From Methanothrix sp. (GTDB taxonomy: Archaea; Halobacteriota; Methanosarcinia; Methanotrichales; Methanotrichaceae), in contig DAOSXX010000006.1 in NCBI GenBank assembly GCA_035380685.1, positions 9,961-73,960 on the forward strand: a stretch of DNA of 64,000 nucleotides, in the 5' to 3' direction. The notes below the pieces were generated by a model. The model worked only from the letters and a program-made list of their open reading frames with translations, was not told the DNA's origin and ran no database searches. Made by a program: the position numbers and the translations under genes. This document shows positions 10,098-19,277 of the stretch, piece by piece; the first letter of the stretch is position 1, and every line of letters begins with the position of its first letter.

Positions 10098-11585
10098 ATG
10101 AAAGTTAAACGTTCGATAACTCAGATGATGATAGCGATGGTACTTTTAGGCGAAATAGCTGGTACGGCTTTTGCCTTATCTAATTCGGGGGATGGTGACT
10201 GGGCATACTACAAAGTGATAGAAATCAGAGAGAATTCAGGAAGGACCCTCTCTGATTTCCAGGTTAGGATAGAATTGAGTTCAGCAAATTTCGACTTCTC
10301 AAAAGCTAAATATGATGGCTCAGACATAAGGATCTCTGTGGATGGCAAAGAGCTGAATTATTGGATTGAAGAGTGGGATTTTGGGGCTAATAAGGCTGTG
10401 ATCTGGGTAAAAGTGCCTAACATCCCCGAGAATGAAGTGACGGAATTAAGGATGTACTGCGGTAATCCGAACGCAACTGCAGTAAGTAATGCAAACAGCG
10501 TTTTCGAATTTTTTGATAATTTCTCAGAAGATACATCCTCTGACTATATAGTAAAAAATCTATCCCAACGAACGGGCTCCATTTGTTGGGATCCTTCTAA
10601 TGAACGGCTGATTCTGAATACGTCGTGGGATGAAGGCGGAACTGCAGGTTGGAATGCGTTTTACTACAACAAGAAATTTGGCAGTGACATAATCACAGAA
10701 TCTACAATGAAACTTCTTGATGGCGGATTAGATGTGAATAACAACGGAATGATGTTTGGCATCATGGGCAGATATAACCCGAGTGTTTATTGGACTCATG
10801 CCGGAAGGACAGGGGGACTGGAGACAAGATCTACTTACAGTCCAAGCCAGATTTCCACGATAAAAACAACTGTGAACAGAATAATTGGGTACAAAACCTA
10901 CAGTTATTCTACCGACGAGACTTACGATTTTAAGCTTGGGTGCGTCGGGTTAACGTCGAACTATTATATAAATGACATTCTGATATCTTCTGCCTGTTCT
11001 TCGGATAATCTAGACGGTGGACATGTGGGATGGATGGTTTATGCCGCTGATGTGGCGGTGGACGACCTAAAAGTACGCAAATTCGCCTATCCAGAACCGA
11101 CAACCACTATATCTTCAGATTATTCAGACGGGGTAGCAGGCATAGAGGCAGAAGCCCCTTCATCTGCAAAGCCGGATGCAACGTACGCACCACCTACTGG
11201 ATACTGGGATCAGCCGTCCTACACTGGCGATTGCACCGAGTGTCCGGAAGGTAGCATCTGTATAAAATACAGTGATGGTTTTATTTGGCTGGTTTACGAT
11301 TTGGCAAATAAGCCTGTGATTGATGAAAGAGCGTCGTCCGTAAATACCAAGATCGAAGTGGCCAAGGGCCACCACTGGCATTACTACCACGTCCTGGAAA
11401 CTCAGTATGCGAGCGTGAAAACGCCCATAACTCAAGCTGAAGAATTATTTGCGAGTATAATAACGTCCAAAGATCAAGAGGAAAACGCGGAAGATTCCGG
11501 TTGGACATTAACATCAGAGGTCTGTCCAGAAGGGAGTGAAAATTCTATGTGGCCCGATTGGACACAGTATAATACCGAACGATAA
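10098..11585 (+). CDS. Secreted DUF2341 / LamG-like domain protein
   Basis: Signal peptide (MKVKRSITQMMIAMVLLGEIAGTAFA). DUF2341-type N-domain (YYKVIEIRENSGRTLSDFQVRIEL...DGSDIRI...LNYWIEEWD...AVIWVKVPNIPENE...YCGNPNA). The longest ORF starts at a TTG at 10089. Mid-GC region (27/60 at 10141-10200). Confidence 0.8.
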   Translation: MKVKRSITQMMIAMVLLGEIAGTAFALSNSGDGDWAYYKVIEIRENSGRTLSDFQVRIELSSANFDFSKAKYDGSDIRISVDGKELNYWIEEWDFGANKAVIWVKVPNIPENEVTELRMYCGNPNATAVSNANSVFEFFDNFSEDTSSDYIVKNLSQRTGSICWDPSNERLILNTSWDEGGTAGWNAFYYNKKFGSDIITESTMKLLDGGLDVNNNGMMFGIMGRYNPSVYWTHAGRTGGLETRSTYSPSQISTIKTTVNRIIGYKTYSYSTDETYDFKLGCVGLTSNYYINDILISSACSSDNLDGGHVGWMVYAADVAVDDLKVRKFAYPEPTTTISSDYSDGVAGIEAEAPSSAKPDATYAPPTGYWDQPSYTGDCTECPEGSICIKYSDGFIWLVYDLANKPVIDERASSVNTKIEVAKGHHWHYYHVLETQYASVKTPITQAEELFASIITSKDQEENAEDSGWTLTSEVCPEGSENSMWPDWTQYNTER

Positions 11586-11742
11586 CTTTTTATCAAACCT
11601 ACTACAGCTACTTCTAGTGTGAAGAGATAGTCGGGACGACGACTTTAACGATTGAAGCGGCGGGGGAGTTAGCACCTTTTGATCGCTTCGATCTCTTTTT
11701 TGGCTCTTCGCTATTTCTCATGAAAAATATCTGCTAAATATA

Positions 11743-12355
11743 TTAATCTACACAGGTTCCACCCATATTCGTCCATCCGATGCTGGATTTACATAGATTC
11801 ATCTTTCCTAAAGTGTCCATTTGCTCCAAGAAATCGTCTAGCGCCTTGATGCGTCCCTGGAATGAGATCTTCCTCTCATGCGAGACCCCATCCTCGATGT
11901 ACGTTTCTCTGTTTACGAGAAGATGGTGCAGAATGCTGATTAGCTTTCTCGCCACCGCTACAATAGCTACATTATATCACTTCTACCCCTAATCCGAAGA
12001 AAGAACGTTTTCAGGATGGAGTTATTGAGATACGCAATGGACTGAGCTACCTGCACTATAATCCATCGAAGATGTCTAGACCCGTGCTTAGTTATGTTTC
12101 CTGTGACCAGCTTATCTGCAGATTGGTAAGCAGAAGGGATGAGTCCTGCCCACGCTGCAAGTTGTTCTGCCTTCTTAAAGTCCATGAAGTTTCCGATCTC
12201 TGCCAGAATGGTCACTGCAGCGATGAACCCAATTCAAGGAACAGACATTATGATCTTTAGGTCAGAACGTCGGTATCTGATCCGAGAGACGATCTCTTTC
12301 TCAATCTCCATGATCCTTTTCCACCAAGATTTATCAAGGGTAATGAAAATATAAA
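11743..12355 (-). mobile_element. IS110-family transposase remnant (N-terminally truncated, at least two frameshifts)
   Basis: Three collinear pieces lie in different frames: ..LDKSWWKRIMEIEKEIVSRIRYRRSDLKIIMSVP*, then IGFIAAVTILAEIGNFMDFKKAEQLAAWAGLIPSAYQSADK..GNITKHGSRHLRW..RIRGR.., then ..AIVAVARKLISILHHLLVNRETY. This is the Transposase_20 C-terminal region of IS110 enzymes. No DEDD N-domain is present. Confidence 0.8.
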
Positions 12356-12479
12356 TAATCTAAGGAATATTCTAGGGCTGTGAAATCCTAATATTGGATC
12401 AGCTCGACAAACTACCTACGAAATACCGGGAGCTTTTCTGTCCCCCACATTAGAGGGGGTCCCAGAACCCATCTCCGCC

Positions 12480-12660
12480 TCTTCTATGTATTCGAGGAGG
12501 ATCCTCATCTTCATCTCGCAAGCCTAGATTTTGTCGGGTCCAGGAAGATAGCCCTGTCGAAGGCCTCCCCGTACTCTCAAGGCCCTGGAGGGCGATACCT
12601 CTCATCATCCAACCTGGACGAAGTTGGGCATCGACTTGACGAGCTCTATCTCGGCATCTT
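12480..12660 (-). pseudogene. Decayed duplicate of the 3' end of the TPR gene at 12884-13669
   Basis: About 180 bp align by eye with 12900-13085 (e.g. catcttcatctcgc.agcct, gggcgatacctctca.catcca, gacgaagt.gggcatcgact.gac). The alignment has an indel and in-frame stops. Confidence 0.6.
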
Positions 12661-12883
12661 ATCTCCCCAGTCTCACGACCTTCACCTCGGGCTTAACCAC
12701 CTTCCTCTACCCGTCCATCGAGTACAGGGCCGAAAAGCACAAGCGCCTAGTAATCCTGGAGCGGCTCCTCGGCTCCGTCTTCCTGGCCCTTTTGATCACC
12801 GCCATCAGCAAGACCTATCTGATAAGATAAGGTGAGAAGCGAGGATGGTCGGGCGCGAGGTCGTCCTCGAAAAAATAGGCGCT

Positions 12884-13669
12884 TCAGCCCTTCTTCACTT
12901 CTTCCAGGTACTCCAGAGTCCTTATCTTCATCTCGCGAGCCTCGGAGTTGGTGGGGTCCAGAAGGATCGCCCGGTCGAAGGACTCGACGGCCTCGTCGTA
13001 CCTCTCCATGCCCAGAAGGGCGATACCTCTCACCATCCAGCCAGGGACGAAGTCGGGCATCGACTCGACCAGCTCCTCGGCCAGATCCGCAACATCGTTG
13101 TACCTCTTCAGCTTCGAGAGGGGTCCGAGCTTGTTGAACTTGTAGCTCGGCTCGTCGGGCTCCAGGTCCAGGAGGAAGTCGAGAAAGTCGATGGTGGCCG
13201 CAAAGTCGCCCCGGTCGTAGATCGCCCCCGCGAGGTCGTTCCACTCCTCGGGGTCCTTGAGGCTCGGGGCCTGGCTTACACCCTGCCGATAAGCCTCCTT
13301 CGCCTCCTCGATCCGATCGAGGTTTCGAAGAGTCATCACCTTCGAGATCCAGCCCCGGACGTGATCGGGCCTCGCCTCGATCGCCCTCTCGAAGTACTCG
13401 AGAGCCCCCTCGTCATCGTTTTTGAGAGATAATATCCCGCCCAGAAGGTCCAAAAGCTCCGGATCGTCGGGCTTCAGCTCGACGGCCCGCTCTGCGCTGG
13501 CGCGCCCCTCGTCAAGCCTCCCCGCCCCCAGGCACGCGACCGCCAGCTTGTACCACGCCTCGACGTCGGAAGGATCGGCCTCGACGAAGCTCGTGAAGAA
13601 CTCCACCGCCTCCTCGAACCTGTCCGTGTGCATCAGGAAGATGCCGTCCTCAAACCTGTTTTCTGCCAT
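12884..13669 (-). CDS. Tetratricopeptide (TPR) repeat protein
   Basis: 261 aa with 34-residue repeats carrying the W/Y..LG/A....A...F..A pattern (VEAWYKLAVACLGAGRLDEGRASAERAVELKPDD...). Confidence 0.85.
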   Translation of the reverse strand: MAENRFEDGIFLMHTDRFEEAVEFFTSFVEADPSDVEAWYKLAVACLGAGRLDEGRASAERAVELKPDDPELLDLLGGILSLKNDDEGALEYFERAIEARPDHVRGWISKVMTLRNLDRIEEAKEAYRQGVSQAPSLKDPEEWNDLAGAIYDRGDFAATIDFLDFLLDLEPDEPSYKFNKLGPLSKLKRYNDVADLAEELVESMPDFVPGWMVRGIALLGMERYDEAVESFDRAILLDPTNSEAREMKIRTLEYLEEVKKG

Positions 13670-14006
13670 CTAAAGCCCCCTTGGAACTGGTGATCCGACC
13701 CGGCCCCATAAGACAGATCTCGATCCGCCTGGTCGGCTTCGCCACTCATCGGTACAAATCCGGCGCTGAACACCCTTATTTGAAGGGCCTTCCAGGACCC
13801 GGCCCGAAGAGGAAGCGAGGCCACAAGTGGCGCGGTCTCTGACCTCATACGATAAAAACCTCTGCGCAGCTTTCGGGGCTATACAGTGAGGCGCGCTTCT
13901 GGACGATGGAGCTCAACATGAGGGGGGGATGAGGCACCGAGGGTCCGAGAACTCGATCAGTATCTGATTAGTCGAAGATTCGTACCAGGAGGAAAGAGCA
14001 GACAGG

Positions 14007-14195
14007 CTACTCGTCCTCGACGAACCTGAACGGCCAGAAAACTGCCTTGAATCCGAGGAAGGACATCAACAGCACCAGGAAGACTCTGGATGCCAGAATG
14101 TATCCAGGGGGCCAGTAGCCGGGCTGGTCCAGTATCCCGACCGAAGACATGAAGATGCACGGCAGATGCCAGAAAACCAAGGGTTCCAGTCCCAT
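14007..14195 (-). CDS. Possible small two-TM membrane protein (62 aa)
   Basis: MGLEPLVFWHLPCIFMSSVGILDQPGYWPPGYILASRVFLVLLMSFLGFKAVFWPFRFVEDE*. GAGGTGG lies 5 nt upstream of the ATG at 14195. A TTAATATAT box lies about 45 nt upstream. The longest ORF extends to 14273. Confidence 0.45.
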   Translation of the reverse strand: MGLEPLVFWHLPCIFMSSVGILDQPGYWPPGYILASRVFLVLLMSFLGFKAVFWPFRFVEDE

Positions 14196-14360
14196 ATTCC
14201 ACCTCTGAAAGATCTGCTTTTTGCATTCTTTCTCACAATATATTAAGAAGATTTTGGCTGAGCCCTTCCTCATCCATCAAGCGAGCCGAAGATCGCTGCC
14301 GGCAGAGATGAAGCCCACGCAAACCTCATCTCAGCCCTCACCTCAGCCGCTCGCTTAGGC

Positions 14361-16196
14361 TCAACCAAACCCCTCGATAATCGCGAAGGTCGTAGCGAGA
14401 TGAATCACCCTGACGAGCTCAGGTAGGGGAAAATATCCTCCGAAGATGCCGAGGTGAGGGCCGTTTTCGACCTCCAGATCCGAGCCGTACGGACCTCCTC
14501 CCCTGATAAGCCCCCTCATGTATCTATTTCCTCCCATCTCCTCCCCCATCCTCGACGCGAGAAGATCCCAGTTGACACATCTGTCAAGGGGCGTTTTGGA
14601 TCGGAGACCGGAGCGAGAAGAGGATTTGCTCGAGACGAAGGCGAGACGGTACGCCTCGAATGCCGACTGTAGGGCCTCGCTTACGAGGTCATCGTCGAAC
14701 CCGCCCGAACTTCGGAAATGACTTGCGAGGACGAGGCTTATGCTCAGAAGCTGGTCGCCGATGAGATGCTGAAGCTCCACGGGCGAGATCTCGGCGACCT
14801 GGCGAAAGTGCTCAAAGTCAGCGATCCCCGAGAGCCTGAGGTTTGGGTATCGGCAAGACTCGAGCCACCGATCGAGTCTTCCCGGGATCATTGACCACCA
14901 ACGGTAGACGCCCCGATCCCCTCTCCGGCCAACCTGCTCGCGGTTGTGGAAGAGGGGGATGAGGGCGTCGTGGACGAGACCGTTCCGGGCCAGAACGGCG
15001 AGATCGTGGGCAGATCTGATGAGGCCCTCAGATACGGAACCCGAAGAGAGGCCGGGATCGTTCAGGTAGGTGAAGTAGCCCGAGGGCGGCGAGTAGCAGA
15101 TCGCCCAGGGGTCGGCCAAAAGGTTAAGATCCACTCGAACTCTTCGAGGCAGGCTTGAAAGGCGGAGCCTGAAGAGGTGCCCACCGCCGTCGGGGGCGAT
15201 GGGCCTGGGGATCGGGCTTTCGAGGCTGAGACTTTCTTTGAGCCGACCGAGCCCGTCCTGCATAGCCGCCTCGACGAGGAGCTTTTTGCCATCTTCCAGC
15301 CCGAGACCGAGCTTGATGGCAAGGACACCCTCGTCGTGAGAGAGGATCAGAGTTCTGCCCGCCCGCTTCAAAAGATCGCCCTTCGATCCGAGGAGATCCT
15401 CGAAGCAGATCTCCCGCGAGTCCGGCTCATCTGGTGCAGACACCTCATGATCGAAGAGAGGAGAGAAAACGATCTTTTCTTCGCCCAAGATCGATTCCGA
15501 GATCTCGCCAAACCCTGTGTACTCCACCCTTCTTACAAGCCCCGACCCATCGACGGTGGTCCTGAACCGGTAAAGGGAGGCGATCTTCGCCGGGCTCCAG
15601 GATCTGTCACCTCTTTCAAGGGACGCCTCCATCTCGGCCCTGATTAAGCGGGCCAGGACCCGTGCCGCGTCCCTCCTGACGAAGAAAGAGTCGTCCTCCA
15701 GCCTTTCGGTCAAAACCTCCTCGGCGAGCAATTCCATTCTGACGAGGGAGGCAGTCACCCGATCGTCCCCGGAGGAGAGAAGCTTCAGCAGAAATTCCAG
15801 GTTCTCTGGATCGGGCCCCGGAACCCCGACGAGGGCGATCAGAGCCTTCGCCGCCCTCTTCTGGACCTGGCGGCTCTCGTCGTCGAGGGCGGCCAAAAGC
15901 GCCTCGACGGCTCGGCAGCCGCCGATCTTCCCCAGGGCGGCGGCCGCCTTCCACCGGACCACAGGGCTCTCGTCCTTGAGGGACACGGCGAGAAGGGGGA
16001 CCGATCCCGGATCTCTCATCTCCCCCAGAACCCGGGCCGCCCTCCACCGAACCTGGCTGGATCCCCCCTCAAGCTCAGACCTCAGCCTTTCTTTTACCGA
16101 CTCCGGACCCGAAAGGGCCTCCCTAAAATCGTCACCAGATCCCAATAATTTGGCGGTGCTCCTGGAGCCCGATCCGCCCTCTCCGATCCTTTGCAC
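14361..16196 (-). CDS. HEAT (PBS-lyase type) repeat protein with a large uncharacterised C-terminal domain
   Basis: 611 aa. N-terminal repeats VRWRAARVLGEMRDPGSVPLLAVSLKDESPVVRWKAAAALGKIG..AVEALLAALDDESRQVQKRAAKAL. The C-terminal 400 aa or so match no family I recognise (see finding). Confidence 0.85.
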   Translation of the reverse strand: MQRIGEGGSGSRSTAKLLGSGDDFREALSGPESVKERLRSELEGGSSQVRWRAARVLGEMRDPGSVPLLAVSLKDESPVVRWKAAAALGKIGGCRAVEALLAALDDESRQVQKRAAKALIALVGVPGPDPENLEFLLKLLSSGDDRVTASLVRMELLAEEVLTERLEDDSFFVRRDAARVLARLIRAEMEASLERGDRSWSPAKIASLYRFRTTVDGSGLVRRVEYTGFGEISESILGEEKIVFSPLFDHEVSAPDEPDSREICFEDLLGSKGDLLKRAGRTLILSHDEGVLAIKLGLGLEDGKKLLVEAAMQDGLGRLKESLSLESPIPRPIAPDGGGHLFRLRLSSLPRRVRVDLNLLADPWAICYSPPSGYFTYLNDPGLSSGSVSEGLIRSAHDLAVLARNGLVHDALIPLFHNREQVGRRGDRGVYRWWSMIPGRLDRWLESCRYPNLRLSGIADFEHFRQVAEISPVELQHLIGDQLLSISLVLASHFRSSGGFDDDLVSEALQSAFEAYRLAFVSSKSSSRSGLRSKTPLDRCVNWDLLASRMGEEMGGNRYMRGLIRGGGPYGSDLEVENGPHLGIFGGYFPLPELVRVIHLATTFAIIEGFG

Positions 16197-16349
16197 CGCC
16201 AGAAACCCTCCTCTAAATAAAAGAGGTCCGAACCTAGTTATAAGCTCCGTTTTCCGGTGAAACTGTTGAAGACTGATGATCCTGATGCTCTAATTTGAGT
16301 TCGAATTCGGCGTTTTGTTTAGCCTGGCCGGATGGACCAATTACAGGTA

Positions 16350-18619
16350 TCACTCCATCCTTTCTGTAACTCCCGGCCAGTCGTATCTCCAATCGTCAGA
16401 ATAACCTGCTGTAGTATAACGCCATCGACCAGTGAAAGTACAGTCATCGGCCATTTCGAATTCGTAGTCTCCAGCGATCGGCTCGCCTCCACGAACCTGG
16501 GTCCAAGTACCTTTAAGCTCGTTACCTGCGATCGTACCGCTCAGCTTCCCCTCCTCATACGGATAAGTCCCTGTAACAGTATCGCCCGTTTGTTGAAGCA
16601 CCAGCGGTCCACCATATGAGATATCCCACGTTCCCGTCCAGCTGCAGTCCTGGCCTGCAAGATGATCTTTAAGCCCGATCACTTCGACTATTCCGCTGTT
16701 CCCGCTCTCGTAATTGTAAGACCAGGTCGCCGGGTTCGAATCGATGACCGTATAAGTTCCTGCGGGCAAATCCACACCCGGTGATAAATAGACGGTCCAG
16801 TAGGCATTGGGAATTCCATTCATGCCCGGCTCGCCTTGCGCCTGCCAGGGACCATAAATATCGCCGAACTGATCTTTCAGGCCAATCGTTCCCGGCGCAT
16901 CGCCGGATGCATAATTCCAGTGATACGTGCCGATTTTTGTAATGGTTCTGGGCTCGTCGATGGAGAAGACGGTGGGGTTTGGCGGGCTATTGCTGACACG
17001 GCTGCAAGCGTCTTGAGCAAAGATACGCTCTTCACCCTCATCAGGATAGGGAAGAGCGTAGCACGGGCCCCTTGTTGTGGGGAGACCCGTATATCCCGGA
17101 TCGTCGTTCAGAATAGGCGTCTCTCGCCTTTTTGCAACGCCCGGCCAATCGTATCTCCAATCGTCCGAATAACCTGCTGTAGTATAACGCCATCGACCAG
17201 TGAAAGTACAGTCATCGGCCATTTCGAATTCGTAGTCTCCAGCGATCGGCTCGCCTCCACGAACCTGGGTCCAAGTACCTTTAAGCTCGTTACCTGCGAT
17301 CGTACCGCTCAGCTCCCCCTCCTCATACGGATAAGTCCCTGTAACAGTATCGCCCGTTTGCTGAAGCACCAACGGTCCACCATATGATATGTCCCACGTC
17401 CCACTCCAACCACAACTTTCTGGTTCTTTACCACCGGTCTGCACTCCCGGCAAGGAGCCCTGCTCCCCCCTCGGGTACTCTGTATCGGAAATCACGGTGT
17501 ATTCAGCCGTAGAAATCACGTCAGGCTTTGATGCAAGCCAGGCCTGATCGATATCTTGGACTATTTCAGGAACTATGACCCCACCCTCAGACTGAAGAGG
17601 GCCGCCTTTTGTATCCGCTGAAACCTCGTATATCTCGCCCGGAGTGACGTTCAGGCTGTACCTATAAATTCCACCCTTGTCGTCTACATCCGAGGAAAAG
17701 CCCAAAAAGATGTCCGCTTCGCCGATACCCGTGCCTTCCATGATCAGCCGATAATTTCTATCTGAAGGATAATCCAGCTCGGTCCAGTATGTGCCATCTA
17801 CAAGGGGAACTCTGACGAATGAGACTTCGGGCATCTCCCAAGTTGGAACCCCTTGTGGAAATCCGGATCTTCTTCCGTCTGCGTCCTCAACCCACAAATT
17901 CAGGGGACACCAGCTGAATGTTGCTCCACCCCTGGGCTTTTCGCCAACTTGTTCTCCAGTATAATCTGGAACATACTTTGGATTCTTATAATCATTACCG
18001 TATATCGGATAAGGACCATTTTTGTATAAACTACTAGGACCGTCTGAGGACTTCCAAATTAAAGACCATTCTAGCACGTCAAAAACGCCCTTAGCCGGAT
18101 CTTGTTTTATCCAGGGGTCAAGAATGAAACCCTGCGTCATCCAATTTGCCCCTTTTGGATATATGATCACGGCCTGGTGGCCCCCAAATAACGCCTGAAC
18201 GGGACCATAATCCCAATCATCCAGTAAAGCGCGCTCTTCCGGTTTATCGCTGAACTTTAATCTGTTTAAAAGGTCGAGAATACTACTTTGGTACATCCCA
18301 CATTTGAATTTGTCGTATTTATTGTCCATCCAGGATCTGATGTTATTTTCGGGGCCCGTTTTGCAAATTCCTTTCGGGATTCTCTGTTCATAGATGGCGA
18401 TGATCTCATTAAAGGATCTCTGGGCGGGAGTTAGGGGTAAATCGAAAGTCCCTCCAGCGATGCCTGACCCTCCATCCGATTCGGGACATGTCCCCAAAAT
18501 CTCACACATTGATTTCCTGACTTTTCCGGCTGGCGGATCTCCCAATCCTGGGATGCAGCCACCAGAATAAATGATAATAATATTAATAAAATAATTGTAA
18601 ATGGCCTCGTTACTTTCAT
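16350..18619 (-). CDS. Secreted multidomain protein (putative transglutaminase-like Cys-His-Asp core plus a duplicated 90-aa module), with its signal peptide in a different frame
   Basis: The main 731-aa frame is 16350-18545 and starts at a TTG. A typical signal peptide, MKVTRPFTIILLILLSFILVAAS, is encoded at 18619-18551 in another frame. The two frames overlap in an A/T-rich stretch, so a frameshift or sequencing error is likely. Confidence 0.8.
16372..16640 (-). repeat. Intragenic direct repeat, copy 1 (about 269 bp)
   Basis: Near-identical to 17140-17408 with an offset of exactly 768 bp (256 codons). I saw only a handful of mismatches by eye. The ORF-track antisense peptides 16332-16619 and 16836-17387 share identical tails. 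Confidence 0.95.
17140..17408 (-). repeat. Intragenic direct repeat, copy 2 (about 269 bp)
   Basis: See copy 1. It encodes ..TGTWDISYGGPLVLQQTGDTVTGTYPYEEG(E/K)LSGTIAGNELKGTWTQVRGGEPIAGDYEFEMADDCTFTGRWRYTTAGYSDDWRYDWPGV. Confidence 0.95.
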
Positions 18620-18894
18620 GTGGTTTTTATTGTTGGTACGTGTTAATATGCCTTGTGTCGTTTCATGATAAATTTACTTTGTCTTGCCGTGGAGACTCAG
18701 CTATCTTGGGTTTATGTAATACGACTATGAAAGCAGTTCTCTCGTATACTATTGACGGATTGGTCGGGCACACTTTGCAATATAACCGAGGTTGTCCTGG
18801 GCACGCGGCAAGCAATTGTATGACCGAGTCCGCTTATCTTTATCCTGAAGTTCCCCCCAAGAAAATAGCAAAGATCCACGGACTCTTTTTCAGG

Positions 18895-19209
18895 TTACCG
18901 GGGCCGTCGGTAAGGATACCTCATCTGCTCTCCGCACTCGGCGCAGGTCACCGTTACGACCCCGTCCCTCAGCCGCACCCGCGTTCTCTCGGGGGAGAGG
19001 TAGCACCGACATCCCTTGCAGATTCGCCTCTTCAGCCGGCGGGGTATCCGGACCCTCATTCTCATCCCCATCCTCCTCGCGAGGGCGACGTACCGGTCGC
19101 TCCTCTCAGGGTGGAGGACGTGCTCCTCCTCGGCGAGGAGAAAGAGCCGCTCGATCCTCTGCCTCGCCAGGTCCCTCGCCCTGTAATATCCCTTCTTCCT
19201 CCTGGCCAC
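18895..19209 (-). CDS. rnp4: Ribonuclease P protein component 4 (Rpp21/Rpr2 family)
   Basis: 104 aa: MARRKKG..ARDLARQRIERLFLLAEEE...RYVALARRMGMRMRVRIPRRLKRRICKGCRCYL...VTCAECG. This is the basic N-terminal helix plus the zinc ribbon of Rpr2. Confidence 0.9.
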   Translation of the reverse strand: MARRKKGYYRARDLARQRIERLFLLAEEEHVLHPERSDRYVALARRMGMRMRVRIPRRLKRRICKGCRCYLSPERTRVRLRDGVVTVTCAECGEQMRYPYRRPR

Positions 19210-19277
19210 GGTATAGGCTCACCACCGGTCTGTATAAAAGGTATACTATTTCTAGGGGCGAGGAGATCTCCCTCAAG

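Noticed and set aside
12624-12830. 68-aa plus-strand ORF ending in a TM-like segment (RLVILERLLGSVFLALLITAISKTYLIR)
   Set aside because: Its 5' part overlaps the decayed TPR-fragment region and has no start signals. It may be another gene remnant, but I cannot support it as a live gene.
12845-13432. 195-aa plus-strand and 165-aa minus-strand alternative ORFs overlapping the TPR gene
   Set aside because: Only the 12884-13669 frame gives 34-residue TPR periodicity. The others are R/G/P-rich GC artefacts.
16262-16320. Possible C/D-box sRNA (ctgatgatcctgatg) in the gap between the HEAT gene and the 731-aa gene
   Set aside because: The C-box is imperfect (a pyrimidine before UGAUGA), and no terminal D-box CUGA or terminal stem lies at an appropriate distance.
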